From Andalucia godoyi And28 (Eukaryota > Protista > Jakobida), in the NCBI GenBank assembly GCA_009859145.1, contig VRVR01000010.1, forward strand, positions 223,330 to 287,329: 64,000 bases of DNA, written 5' to 3'. Of the stretch, positions 20,509-31,186 are shown one piece after another (within the stretch, counting starts at the first letter, position 1; each line of letters starts with the position of its first letter). Below the pieces are notes generated by a model. It had not been told where the DNA came from, made no database searches, and worked only from the letters and a program-made list of their open reading frames with translations. The translations under genes and the position numbers were made by a program.

Positions 20509-22690
20509 ACTTACAGTTGTACTGCGGTACAGACGCAGCGTCGATGATGGTAATACCCGTCTGACAACAACAAAAACACAGTACTGTATCACAATAAGAT
20601 GTTTTTACCTTTTATCCTTTTTTCAACCGTGGTTGTTGGAATCAGGAGACAACTTTACAGGGATCGGAAGCAGCTTATTCTGACTGGCATTGTCGAGAAA
20701 TGGGTGCTAAACTCGTGAAATTGTAAACAGCGTGCCAAGATGTGGCCAAATCCACCGCCAGTGGATTTTGTCACCAGCGAAGAGCACATCCCCAACGGAA
20801 TCTACATCAACAGAATGGGCAATGCTCTTCTGCAAAACGGCAGAAAAGGCACCAAGTATAACTGGGATTCGTCTAAAATCCCCGGCGAGGAGTCGAAAAG
20901 GCTTATAACTGTGTGAAACAGGACAGGAGTTATCACAATTGGCAAAAAAAAGAGGGGAAAAAAACGACGCATTCCCGTTCTGACAACAAATTCCACACCA
21001 CACTGAACTGCTCAAAAAGGCGGAGGTTCACACTGGATATCGCGCCAAGCAAGGAAGCGTATGCGACACGTATATGCAGAACATTTTCGATCCATCCATT
21101 CCACAAGAAAACAGGTAAAATAAGCACTGAAAATCGAGCATAATTAAACGCACAGACTTCTTGTGAATACGAAGAACGCCTCATCTCAACGTGCTTCTAT
21201 CTGTGATGCTGTTTGCAGTGAACTGACAAGCTGGAATGCCAAAAGAGAATCAAAGCCCAAAAAAATACAAACAGGTGATCAGAAATCGAGTCAATGAAGT
21301 GTTTTCAGAAAACTCTGCAGGACTAGAAAGATGCGCGGCGCAGGAGGAGCCGCAAAGTTGGTTGCCAGATCTACACACGTTCTGTTGCAGTTTTTTACAT
21401 GCCGATATTGCAGTCAGATGAGTAAGCACTATTCCGAACGGATGACGGTGTGTATGGAAAAGTGTTGCAACGTGGACGTGAGCGCTCGTGCACGCGGCCT
21501 TTTGCGGAAGTGTGTCAATGTCCTCTGCACATGATTTTTTGCACCTCTCTTTGTTACTCTCCATTATAAAAAGACAACCACAACACGGATTTTAATTCCT
21601 TCCTTCTCAACCGCCCCACCCCACCCCCATCTCAGCACGTTTTGTCCCGGTTTAGCTCCGCTTCCTGTTGAGAAACAGTGTCACAACGGACTGTAGTCCA
21701 CTCCCGGCAGGGTACAATATCACTGTGATTCCGTTGCCGCATATGGTGTGACATTACGTACATCATGACGTATTTATGACTTATGGGGTTACAGAGGAAC
21801 AGTACTCCGACTTCATATTTAAGGAGATATTTGTGTATTTTGTTGATTTGTTTGTCTTTTGTGATGCTTCTGTCTATAATGCATATTACTGACACAGACT
21901 ATCTTCTGTTACACCTGGCTATGTCTTATTTTGGAGATATTCCATTACCCGCATCGTCGGAAGTCTGGGGTGCTTGCGTGGGTATGGGGCGGGGGGAACT
22001 GTCACCCCTTCAGCTTTCGGCTGGAAAAAAATTCATATTCTCAAAGGCTTTGGAAGGCTGTGAGTGGGCTTGACCCTCAGAATCGGCAAGGAAGGCGAGT
22101 GAGTGACTAAATGCAAAATCTTGAGGATGGCAGTTGAAAGTCTTATTAGCTTTATGATTCCGTGCAAGAAATCCCGCAGGAAGCGTGCTCTAAAATCCAA
22201 ATTACCTGTGGCAAAACAGTAACTTCCTCTTATATACCACTCCGACTGCAGCGTCCACTGGTCCAAGTGCATGAGGGAGATGATGCTGCAGCATCTGCTG
22301 TTGGTCACTGGTTACGCAGATGTGGAAACGTCGCCTTCGACACACGTTTTCCCTAACGAGACATTCGATTGTCGCCATTGTCGGCTCTTCTAGAAAGTTT
22401 GTCAGCTGCCGCTGGACACTTCGACCTTCATTTCTGATAGACAGTGTTGGGGCCGTCATTCCACTGGCTCCCCACTGGATAACACCATTTGCAAATATTC
22501 CACCAAAATAATCCTAAAACATCGTGATGAAACATTCGTGACGAACATTAAGATGCGAACAGGGCATCGCCTGCTGTAACATCAGACTTCCTTTTTGTTC
22601 TCTGCCGCGAAAAGAGATTTTCCCTCTGTGCTTCTCTCATCATTTCCCAATGCCTACATCACGATTGTTCGCGTCTTTAAAACTTCCTAT

Positions 22691-23716
22691 ATGAGCGAAC
22701 GTTTTGCTTTCGTGTCTTCGTCGGCTGATGGCGAAACCTTATGCTTTGGTGCAAACAATGAAGTTGTGATATGTCGGGTAGGGTCCGATGAAGCATGTCG
22801 CCTCAGGTATTCGTTTCCAGTAGAATGCACTGCTGCGGCACTTTCACAGTGTGGGACTCTTGTTTTCGTTTGCACGGATGACAAGACGGTACATTGTTTA
22901 CGTTATTCGATTACCGAAGCGGTGGTTGAACCTGTTTGCTCACGGGATATGGAACGAAAATGTTCACATCTGGAGTGCCCTGCTCACGATCCCCATACAC
23001 TGCTCGCGCTCGATAGGAAGGGAAATGTCTACGCCTATCGCATTCCGCAGATGGACCAAGTCAAACTTTTACTAGGACACATTCCGATTGTGAACGACTT
23101 TTGTCTTGCCTCCAAGAATTTTGTGGTCACAGTCGACAGAGATGGCAAAACACGAGTTTCTCACTATCCAAACTCCTTCGTCGTGCAAACATACTGTCTA
23201 GACAGCAAGTCCGCCGTTGTGGTTCGTTGTGCATATGATGCAGTGCACGATATTCTGGTTACAGCGAACATTGACGGAGACATAGTTGCTTGGGATTATC
23301 GGACAGGTGTAGAACTTGGTCGGCGTGCTCTCAACCGCCCAATCCAAGTGCTCGGGTCGGCAAGCGGAATCGTCTGGCTGTCTCTTGAAAAGTCACAGGA
23401 ACTGCTAGGGTTCCGCTGGAATGGTAGCGACAGCTGTTTCCAATCCTTTGCGGCCCTCGAGTTTCCTTCCAAGATCTACAGACTGTGTTCATTGAAGACG
23501 AAAGCATTCGCTTTGGGAGTTGAACCGAACAGTGTGTCGGTGTTTGATGTCTCAGACACCAAAATCACGAAGATTGCAGAAAGTCTTGTAACCATAGATA
23601 TAGGTGCACTCCACTGGGTGAGTCAAGATCAGAAGTCTCATCGAAAACCTTGCGATGAAAACCGGAAGCGTAGCAGAGAAGATGCCGAGACGGGGTCAGA
23701 CGAAGCTGAGGACTGA
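22691..23716 (+). CDS. TRM82: tRNA m7G46 methyltransferase non-catalytic WD40 subunit
   Basis: Signature LLLGHIPIV.DF......VVTVDRDGKTRVSHYP.SFVVQTYCL typical of WDR4/Trm82. Likely start MSERF. Confidence 0.85.
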   Translation: MSERFAFVSSSADGETLCFGANNEVVICRVGSDEACRLRYSFPVECTAAALSQCGTLVFVCTDDKTVHCLRYSITEAVVEPVCSRDMERKCSHLECPAHDPHTLLALDRKGNVYAYRIPQMDQVKLLLGHIPIVNDFCLASKNFVVTVDRDGKTRVSHYPNSFVVQTYCLDSKSAVVVRCAYDAVHDILVTANIDGDIVAWDYRTGVELGRRALNRPIQVLGSASGIVWLSLEKSQELLGFRWNGSDSCFQSFAALEFPSKIYRLCSLKTKAFALGVEPNSVSVFDVSDTKITKIAESLVTIDIGALHWVSQDQKSHRKPCDENRKRSREDAETGSDEAED

Positions 23717-23730
23717 ATACATTCGGGAGA

Positions 23731-24336
23731 CTAATGGAGTTTGAGTAGTACAGATAAATATGCTTGAATGAGGGTTTCCTTTGAGATGGACTGTGCGTTC
23801 GACACCACCGCAGCCGCGGAATCCGCAATTCTATCTCCTGCAGGTCCGGTTTTGAATCGCTGAACAAGCTTTGGACCTTCTCCAGAAAACCGAGGGACCG
23901 TCGACTGATTTTTTGCTTCCCGAATTTGAATAGTAAGTTCCTGGCTGTCAACGGATTTCTTGCATCGTTTCAAGAGAAGATCACAGCGATCGGATAAATC
24001 AGAACAGAATTCGGCATTCGATGCAATGCCAGTGCGAGCAACGTCGAGATGATGTAGTATTTCTTCAGAATTCTGCAAGACTTTCCGATGCAGATACATC
24101 TTTTTTGACGAAGATCCTCGAGAAAACCGGTCCAGGAACCGCTCAGCTCTGGTCAGTTCTCCAATCAAAGTTTTCCGAATATTCCACCGCTCCTCAATGG
24201 TCTTCTTCATCTCCTTCACGGACACAGTCGATTGCCCATCGCGATTATGGACTTCCAGCAACGACGCTTGGTCATTCCAAAATCGGGCCCAATCAGAGTT
24301 TGGCTCTAAACGTTTAAGACTTCCTTCCTCCAGCAT
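23731..24336 (-). CDS. Hypothetical coiled-coil protein (201 aa)
   Basis: ATG-started helical ORF filling the gap between WDR4 and the aminopeptidase; no family recognised. Confidence 0.6.
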   Translation of the reverse strand: MLEEGSLKRLEPNSDWARFWNDQASLLEVHNRDGQSTVSVKEMKKTIEERWNIRKTLIGELTRAERFLDRFSRGSSSKKMYLHRKVLQNSEEILHHLDVARTGIASNAEFCSDLSDRCDLLLKRCKKSVDSQELTIQIREAKNQSTVPRFSGEGPKLVQRFKTGPAGDRIADSAAAVVSNAQSISKETLIQAYLSVLLKLH

Positions 24337-24709
24337 GGCTGTTCATACCAGAAAACCCGATAACCACGTGTTCAGCTCAACACGGTGTGCACATGGAGGG
24401 AAAGCAGGTTGCCTGGAATGCCAGATCGAAAACCCCCTCATGGACGACGACTCAACAGCCCTCACGCGTACAACACAAGGGTTTTCCCTCTCGATCTACG
24501 GTCGAATTGGGTGGGAAAAAAAACAACAACAGAAAACGACCAGAAGACCATCTTCAAGTCGCTGCTTGCTTCTTCATCTCCATTCTTGGGAAAAATCTAT
24601 CAGCAAAAAGAAAAAAAAAAGGGACAAAACAATTTCCACGAACAATAATTGACAAAGTGGATTGAAGGTTATACAGTTCTCTTGTTGTTTGTTTTGTGTT
24701 GGTTCAGTC

Positions 24710-26206
24710 ATGCCTGCCCGTGCATTGTTTGTCGCTTCTGGTCGTCTGTTCTCTGTGGCAGCACGTCCTTCTGTTGTTGTTGCTCCAAAGTCTGCGTATG
24801 CTGATGAGAAGGTCTTACGTCGGATTGTTGAGCGTCTGAACAATACAGTTTCTGCAGACATGATTCGATCTCTTGCTGCTGAATTGGAGCCTCCCAAGGG
24901 AGCTGGAGCTTCCACAATTTCCACCATTACTGCGTCTGGATCCCGGCTCGATCTCGTGGCAGTCACCGAAACATGTTCTCGCATGAACGCTCCGGGTCGC
25001 CCCGATTGCTACGCCGCAGCTGTTGACTCGTGGCCATCCAAAGATGCCAATGCAATTGTGTTCATTCAAGAGCCTGGATATGTGTTCAAAATTGCGAATG
25101 CAATCGCTTCAAAGCTCCCGTTGTTTACCATGAAACCAGATTCCAAAGTTTGGGACTACGAGATTGCATTCGAGTCTGTTAGCGGATCAATTTCGGAGAA
25201 GCAGCTTTCCGTTGCAGGTTCGTTGTTTGCAGCAACTCGACATGCAGGGGAGCTTGTTGACACGCACCCAGCTGTGCTGCATCCGCAAGAGTATGCGCGA
25301 CGTGCGCAGGCCATTGCCTCCGAACTGGGTGTGTCTTGCACTGTCATTTCCGGAAAGGAACTAGAAACTCGTGGTTTCGGAGGCATCTGGAATGTAGGCA
25401 AGGGAGCAGAGTTCCCTCCTGCACTCGTCGTGCTGTCCTACCAACCAACCTCGAATCCGAAGAAACGCATTGCTATTGTTGGAAAGGGTATCACGTATGA
25501 CACCGGTGGATTGGGAATTAAGACTCCCAAAGAATTCATGTGCGGCATGAAGTGTGACATGGGTGGTTCAGCAGCAGCATTAAATGCGTTCAAGGTTCTT
25601 GTTTCGGAAAAATTGGTTACGGATTGCCATGTTTACGCTGTGCTGTGTTTAGCAGAAAATGCCATCAACGAACGTGTGTTTCGCAATGATGATATCATTA
25701 CATTGTATTCCGGAAAGACTGTTGAGGTCAATAATACGGATGCGGAGGGCCGTCTGGTACTCTCCGACGGCGTTTCCTACGCCGAAAAGGATCTCCATGC
25801 CGACACCATTGTGACGATCGCGACGCTGACGGGATCGCAGGGGATTGCAACTGGCGTTCATTTCGCCGCAGTAATGTCCGACTCTGAAGAACTTGAAGCG
25901 CGCGCCGTTCGCGCTGGGCGAGTTTCCGGTAATCTGGTCCATCCGATTCCGTACTGTCCGGAGTTCTTCATCAGTGAATTTTCGTCGAAGGTAGCTTCGA
26001 AGAAGAACAGCGTGAAGAATCGCAGCAACGCCCAGAGTTCCTGCGCTGGAGAATTTATCCACGATGAACTCTCGAAAGACTTTAAAGGAGAGTTTCTGCA
26101 TGTTGACATCGCATCTCCTGCATTTCAAGCTGATCGCGGTACAGGGTTTGGAGTTTCTCTTTTGACGCTTTTGTTTTCGACAAACGCTGAGGCTGCAGTG
26201 CCCTAA
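24710..26206 (+). CDS. NPEPL1: M17 leucine aminopeptidase, NPEPL1-like
   Basis: GKGITYDTGGLGIK, MKCDMGGSAA and NTDAEGRLVLSDG metal/catalytic motifs. YCPEFF.SEF.S.VA..KNSV..R.NAQSSCAG and HVDIA.P....RGTGFGV.LL are NPEPL1-type. Confidence 0.92.
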   Translation: MPARALFVASGRLFSVAARPSVVVAPKSAYADEKVLRRIVERLNNTVSADMIRSLAAELEPPKGAGASTISTITASGSRLDLVAVTETCSRMNAPGRPDCYAAAVDSWPSKDANAIVFIQEPGYVFKIANAIASKLPLFTMKPDSKVWDYEIAFESVSGSISEKQLSVAGSLFAATRHAGELVDTHPAVLHPQEYARRAQAIASELGVSCTVISGKELETRGFGGIWNVGKGAEFPPALVVLSYQPTSNPKKRIAIVGKGITYDTGGLGIKTPKEFMCGMKCDMGGSAAALNAFKVLVSEKLVTDCHVYAVLCLAENAINERVFRNDDIITLYSGKTVEVNNTDAEGRLVLSDGVSYAEKDLHADTIVTIATLTGSQGIATGVHFAAVMSDSEELEARAVRAGRVSGNLVHPIPYCPEFFISEFSSKVASKKNSVKNRSNAQSSCAGEFIHDELSKDFKGEFLHVDIASPAFQADRGTGFGVSLLTLLFSTNAEAAVP

Positions 26207-26216
26207 AGCGTGCGGT

Positions 26217-27107
26217 CTACAGATCCTGAACACCGAGTGCCTTTTTGTATTCTTCGTACAGAGTAAAGGTGATTGCTCCTGAACAACTGATCATGATGAG
26301 CCGAGGTGTCAGGCCTTTGAAAAACGACCGAACCCCTTCTTGCATCGCCATTGTTCGCACACAGTCCAAAAACCCACGATATCTCAACTCTTGGTGAACC
26401 AGGTTTTGAGTTTGAAGACGCGTTTTGACAGTGTCCAAAGGAGCAGTGAGAATCGATCCAATGGCTCCAGCCAACGCACCGCCAACGACATGTTCCCGAA
26501 GTTTTCGGAGTTGAGGTCTTTGGCCGCTCTCATCAGGAAGAGGTGGAATAAAAATATGCTGGGCATATTTTGCGCCTTCGTACACCGAGAAGTACAGTGC
26601 TGAAAACAGCCCGTCTCGAAGAACGGTTATTGTGTAACCTCGAAGCATAAAGGGAATACCGTTCTTGACATTCTCATTCACCGCTCTGACAGTTGCTCCT
26701 CCTCGAATTTGCAATTGCTGCTTGATCAAATCGAATGGAGTCCTTGCACAAGTGCCGATCAACCTGAGCGCAACACCAACAGCAACGGGCACGAGCGGAT
26801 GTCTTGAAAGATCACCGTCCCGATGCACGACACGCTGTTTAACCTCATCGTAAATTGTAAAGGAGACCGCAGCAGAAGGAATAATGTACAACAGACGCAT
26901 CGGGTATCCACGATACAGCGAAGAAATGCCATGGTCCCGGATCATGTGGGATCCAACCTGGAGGAAACTGCGAGGGCGAACAACCTGTCGGTCTGCTTGC
27001 AAACTGACTTTGATTGTGTCAAATGGATACAAGAAGGCTGACGAGGATAGACGTGCCATGGATCCGGCAAGCATGTTTTTCGCTGCATGATCATAGTCAA
27101 CCACCAT
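26217..27107 (-). CDS. Mitochondrial carrier family (SLC25) protein, SAM-carrier/mitoferrin-like
   Basis: Three PX[DE]XX[KR]X[RQ] motifs (PFDTIKV, PFDLIKQQ, PLDTVKTR) with G...LYRG/FFKG segments. Start MVVDYD; the upstream ORF extension is microsatellite. Confidence 0.93.
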   Translation of the reverse strand: MVVDYDHAAKNMLAGSMARLSSSAFLYPFDTIKVSLQADRQVVRPRSFLQVGSHMIRDHGISSLYRGYPMRLLYIIPSAAVSFTIYDEVKQRVVHRDGDLSRHPLVPVAVGVALRLIGTCARTPFDLIKQQLQIRGGATVRAVNENVKNGIPFMLRGYTITVLRDGLFSALYFSVYEGAKYAQHIFIPPLPDESGQRPQLRKLREHVVGGALAGAIGSILTAPLDTVKTRLQTQNLVHQELRYRGFLDCVRTMAMQEGVRSFFKGLTPRLIMISCSGAITFTLYEEYKKALGVQDL

Positions 27108-27157
27108 GTTCTCGATCACTTTTGCTGGAGAAAGTTTCTCGAACAAGAGCCAAAAAG

Positions 27158-27158
<1 letters not shown>

Positions 27159-27195
<37 letters not shown>
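27159..27195. repeat. (AC)n microsatellite upstream of the carrier gene
   Basis: About 18 AC units followed by AAC/AGC-rich simple repeats. Confidence 0.9.
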
Positions 27196-27196
<1 letters not shown>

Positions 27197-27400
27197 CCGC
27201 AGCAACAGCAACAGCACCAACAATAACAACAACAAACAAACAAACCAACCAAAAAAAGGAAAAACAACAAAAAAATGCGGCCACTTTAGGATCCAAAGAA
27301 GGCAGAACTCAAGTTTGCAGGTTTCTTTTTCTTGCTATTCCCCCCCGTCTTTCTGTTCTACAGCGACGATAGATAGAAATTTTATCTGTACATAGAAACA

Positions 27401-28456
27401 TTAAACTCCGAGAGAAAAAGGTTGAGCAGACGCGTCATCCGAATCATCGTTTTCGTCGTCACCAACAGATGGTGGCGGTGCCTCGGAGGGTACGGAAGAC
27501 AATCGTGACTTCGGGTCTGAAACTTCAGACTTGTAGCCCACTGTCTTCTTCCTTGGATGGGCATGTGCAACAGTTGCTTTCACTGCTTTCTCCCTCTTCT
27601 TAAACGCCGTATTAACGTACTTCTCCAGTTTTCGAAGAGTTGCAGTATCAAGCTTCTCCATGTCAATTTCGATTTCCTCGTCATCTCCAATGGAGTCCGC
27701 AGCGACTGCAGATTGGACTATTTTTGCGACTTCCACCAGTTCATCTTCGAACAACTGTCCAATTCGGAGAGTAAGTTCCTTTTTCTGTTCATAGGTCATC
27801 GGTACCAACGACACATCCGTCGAGACCACTGTCCTCGGGGAAACCGCTTTGGAGGACTTCTTTGAATCGGACGTCGCAGCCAGCTTCTTCTTCTTAGCCA
27901 GCGGTTCTTCTGCAGAAGGCGGCAACACAGCCGAAAGTGCCGCAGCCTGTTCATATGTGTGGGACTTACCTCGGAACTCCTCCAAACGCCTCACAACGTG
28001 TGTATCAAATTTGGAATCAAAAAACGCTTGCAAGTCCACAGCCATCCTGTGAATTGGGTTCTCTGCAGCATTGTACGCTCGGCAATTCTGAAAAATGAGC
28101 CTCATATCATGCGCAAAATCATCAACAGACGAATAGAGACCTCTATTCAGTTTGGATTCCACAGTGGCCAGGTCCATTGGTGACTTAATCACGTCAAAAT
28201 AATCCGGGATGCCTAACGCAACTGGGTCCACTGGTTCGAGGAATGGCCACGACAGCTTCTTGTTATCCTTCACAAAACGAAGCACACGTTCACAAGCTCG
28301 CAGTTCTGGCAAAAGTTTTCCCGGTTCGGATCCCAGACGAGGAGATCCTTCTTCTTCTCCAGGATAGCCGTGATTTGCTGCTCTCCTCTTTCTCTTTGTT
28401 GAACCATCATCCGTAGAAGCTCGACGATCCACAGAGTCTCCATCCACGGTCGACAT
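27401..28456 (-). CDS. BET/GTE-type protein with one bromodomain and an ET domain
   Basis: WPFLEPVDPVALGIPDYFDVIKSPMDL.TV..KL..G.Y..VDDFA.D.RLIF.NCRAYN bromodomain; MTYEQKKELT..I..L....EEIEIDMEKLDTATLRKLEKYV ET domain. Confidence 0.93.
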   Translation of the reverse strand: MSTVDGDSVDRRASTDDGSTKRKRRAANHGYPGEEEGSPRLGSEPGKLLPELRACERVLRFVKDNKKLSWPFLEPVDPVALGIPDYFDVIKSPMDLATVESKLNRGLYSSVDDFAHDMRLIFQNCRAYNAAENPIHRMAVDLQAFFDSKFDTHVVRRLEEFRGKSHTYEQAAALSAVLPPSAEEPLAKKKKLAATSDSKKSSKAVSPRTVVSTDVSLVPMTYEQKKELTLRIGQLFEDELVEVAKIVQSAVAADSIGDDEEIEIDMEKLDTATLRKLEKYVNTAFKKREKAVKATVAHAHPRKKTVGYKSEVSDPKSRLSSVPSEAPPPSVGDDENDDSDDASAQPFSLGV

Positions 28457-29523
28457 TTTGAATTCTGAAGGATGTGGTAGGGGAGACGTGTAAACGGGGT
28501 GCTGACAAAAACCACAATCACGGACAACTGGGAAATGCGAGGGAAGAAATCGAGCGAAGTAAACAAAAAAACCCTGTGAAGGCAACAGGAAAGACAAGGA
28601 GATATGCTCGAAACGCCAAATGACACAGCGCAAAAACTTAAAGATCAAAGAAAAGTAATTAAAAAACAAACAAACAAAAAACCCACCAAAAATAGTAAAA
28701 TGAAATGCGTAAACAAAAGAAGAAGAAAAAGGATAAGCCAGAAGAGAGGAAGAGAGAAGAAGAACCAGAAAAAAAAAAAAAAAAAAGAAAGAAAGTGTCT
28801 GGGAAAACGGAGGGAACGTGAAGTGTTCTGGGCGCGGGTTGCGCTGACATGACGGGGGGCGGAACTTGTCAGAGCTCGGAACTCACCAAAAAAGTCCAAA
28901 CTTCAAGTCTGTGGTACAGCTGGCGGAAACACGCGAAACTGCCGGCCCCTTCTCCGCGACGAGCCATGAATTTTCAGCAACGATTAACGCGGCACGAGTT
29001 TCCGACTTCTCGATTATGATCCGAGGCTGAAAATCGCTTCAACGAGGGACGGAGTGCCCACTGGCATGGACTAGTTTTCTGTTTAAACGCCCCAATTCTT
29101 TAGAGGCATTGCCTTTTGAGAACAGCGAATTCGCATTTCGGATAGTCGGAAAATTTCTGGCTTCAATCTTCGCCAGTTCGGCTGAGGAATCTCTGCATTA
29201 CATGCATTTCTCTCTGGCGAAAATCCACGTGTTTTCCCAATCCAAAAAAAATATATAAAAAATTCCAAAAAATCAGAAAACAGATAAACAACTAAATAAA
29301 TTCGTATACATGGAAAAAAGAAGCAGTTCTTAATCTCGGGGACATGTGAGGTTTTGCGATGCCTTTCCGGTGCGCGGACAGCGGACTGGGCTCTTTGGGA
29401 AACTTGAGTATCAGATGAGTCGCCGGTTGTTTTTTCCCGCAGCAGCAGCCACCCGGGCAATAATTCAGTCTCCAATGTGCCAAGCAAATGTCCTTCTTAG
29501 TTCTCTTCCTCTTGGTTTCAGCC

Positions 29524-30048
29524 ATGAGGAGGACGGACTTGGCGGTTGCTGAGCGGCGATCGGTCGAGTCGCTTCTTCGAGATCCGCTGTACAATCGAAG
29601 TGGGCGTCGGTGGGTTTCTCCATATGAAGATGGTCGCCCCTCTCTTCGGAGACTTGACTATGCGGACCTTCCCTTTGAAGACCGGCCAACCTATGTCCCC
29701 TCTCAGCTGCTTGCAAACCCAGACTTTGGAAACTTTCGGATTCGCAGAAGCTTTACTACAGAGTTATGGCTTCAGGACGGGGAAACAGTCGCTGTCCTTG
29801 GTGACGGGAAAGAAAGAGAATTCAGAACGCACTACTCGCCAATGTACCGTCGACCTTTCTTCTCTGGCTGGATTGGTAGGCTTTTGCAGTTCTTAGCCCT
29901 GGATAGATTGTTTGGACTTCATATTGACTCCCACAAGAAATCCCGGACTCGTAGCGTCCTACTTGTTACTGCAAAGCTTCTGCCTTTGAACGAGCAAAGA
30001 ACGGCAACTGACAAGAGTAATGACGATGTCAGTGTCTCGGAGTCTTGA
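29524..30048 (+). CDS. Small protein resembling the C-terminal part of the bacterial secretin domain (GspD-like)
   Basis: RRSFTTELWLQDGETVAVLG ... LDRLFG ... KKSRTRSVLLVTAKLL parallels the secretin consensus R...T.V.V.DGET.V.GG ... LG.LF ... K.ELLIFITP.I. Alternative start at 29488. Confidence 0.55.
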   Translation: MRRTDLAVAERRSVESLLRDPLYNRSGRRWVSPYEDGRPSLRRLDYADLPFEDRPTYVPSQLLANPDFGNFRIRRSFTTELWLQDGETVAVLGDGKEREFRTHYSPMYRRPFFSGWIGRLLQFLALDRLFGLHIDSHKKSRTRSVLLVTAKLLPLNEQRTATDKSNDDVSVSES

Positions 30049-31186
30049 CCAGTGTGACCTAGCCGGAATGTCAATATGTTTCTTCTTTGAACTCGTTTTT
30101 CTCTAGAGCTGTGTACTCGATTTCGTGGATTTTCGTTTTCCCTCGACGAGAGAGCGTTTCTGTGTCTGCTTCGTTTCCAGAGGCAGCGACGGACTGTGTT
30201 TTTTTCCAAAGAACAGTCGCTTCTCTTGATTCTCCGCATGTCTGTTAGAAACGATACTTCCTCTTTCCAGATAAATTGTTTTTAAAAAAATTGTTCGTTT
30301 AATGTTGCGAAGCACGAGTCTCGCGCGGCGCCACACCAGCAGTCCGTATGAGTACTTCCTTTTTCAGTTCGGCGCCTTCTTCCCAATCGCTGCTGCGTTC
30401 AGGCGCCCGAGCACGCTCCTGCGCCAGCGGCCTCGCACATGGTCTGCTGGAGCAACCGCAAAGAAGCAAATAGCAGTTTTCGAGAAGCATCGGAAAACTC
30501 GGATTCTCGAATTCTCGGAACTCGGGTCACACAAGGTGTGCGAGGCTCTGGGGCGAATTCCGGAGTGCGGGGGGGTGCATCTCTTACAAAACGTTTGCGA
30601 GCATGAGAAGCTGCACGACAGGTGGACCAAGGAAAGACCTGATGCTTCGGACCTCGAACGTGTGCGGTAAATCCCTGTTCGGAGTTGAGCAGGGTGAGCA
30701 GACCGAGGACTTGACTGCACGATGTGGTCAGATGACGCAGTCTGCCGACACCAACAGCCTTCCACCCCACCCAGTCTTCTCGGACGGAGTGTAGTTGTGG
30801 ACATTCGACCATTTGTTTTGAGTCCTATCATCAACAGCCATCACTTACCATCGTTCCTGTTTCGTCCTTCGTGTGAGAGCACGACATTTTGCAATCTGCG
30901 GCAGTTCTGGGGGGTCCCAGTCGTTAACGGACTTTTGATTTGGCGGGAAGGTTCCCGAAAAGGGAATCCCGTGAATTCAGACCTAGTCCCCAGGTTTTAG
31001 GGTTTCAACTTTCATAATGGACCCCCCCCCCCCCCCTCCCTGCAGTTTCCTTTGGGTTCTCGTCTTGTGACAAGACAATAAGCTATTTTTTCCCCTGGCG
31101 TTCCCTGCTCATTTTTCTGTTCATTTTCAGTGATTGCAAATCATTTTTTTCGTGGGTTATTAACGCCTTGCAGTGGAGAGCGAAAC

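Noticed and set aside
30299-31000. Several overlapping 120-156-aa ORFs on both strands between the secretin-like gene and the 31187 gene
   Set aside because: No frame is clearly favoured and no motif is recognised. A small gene may exist but cannot be supported.
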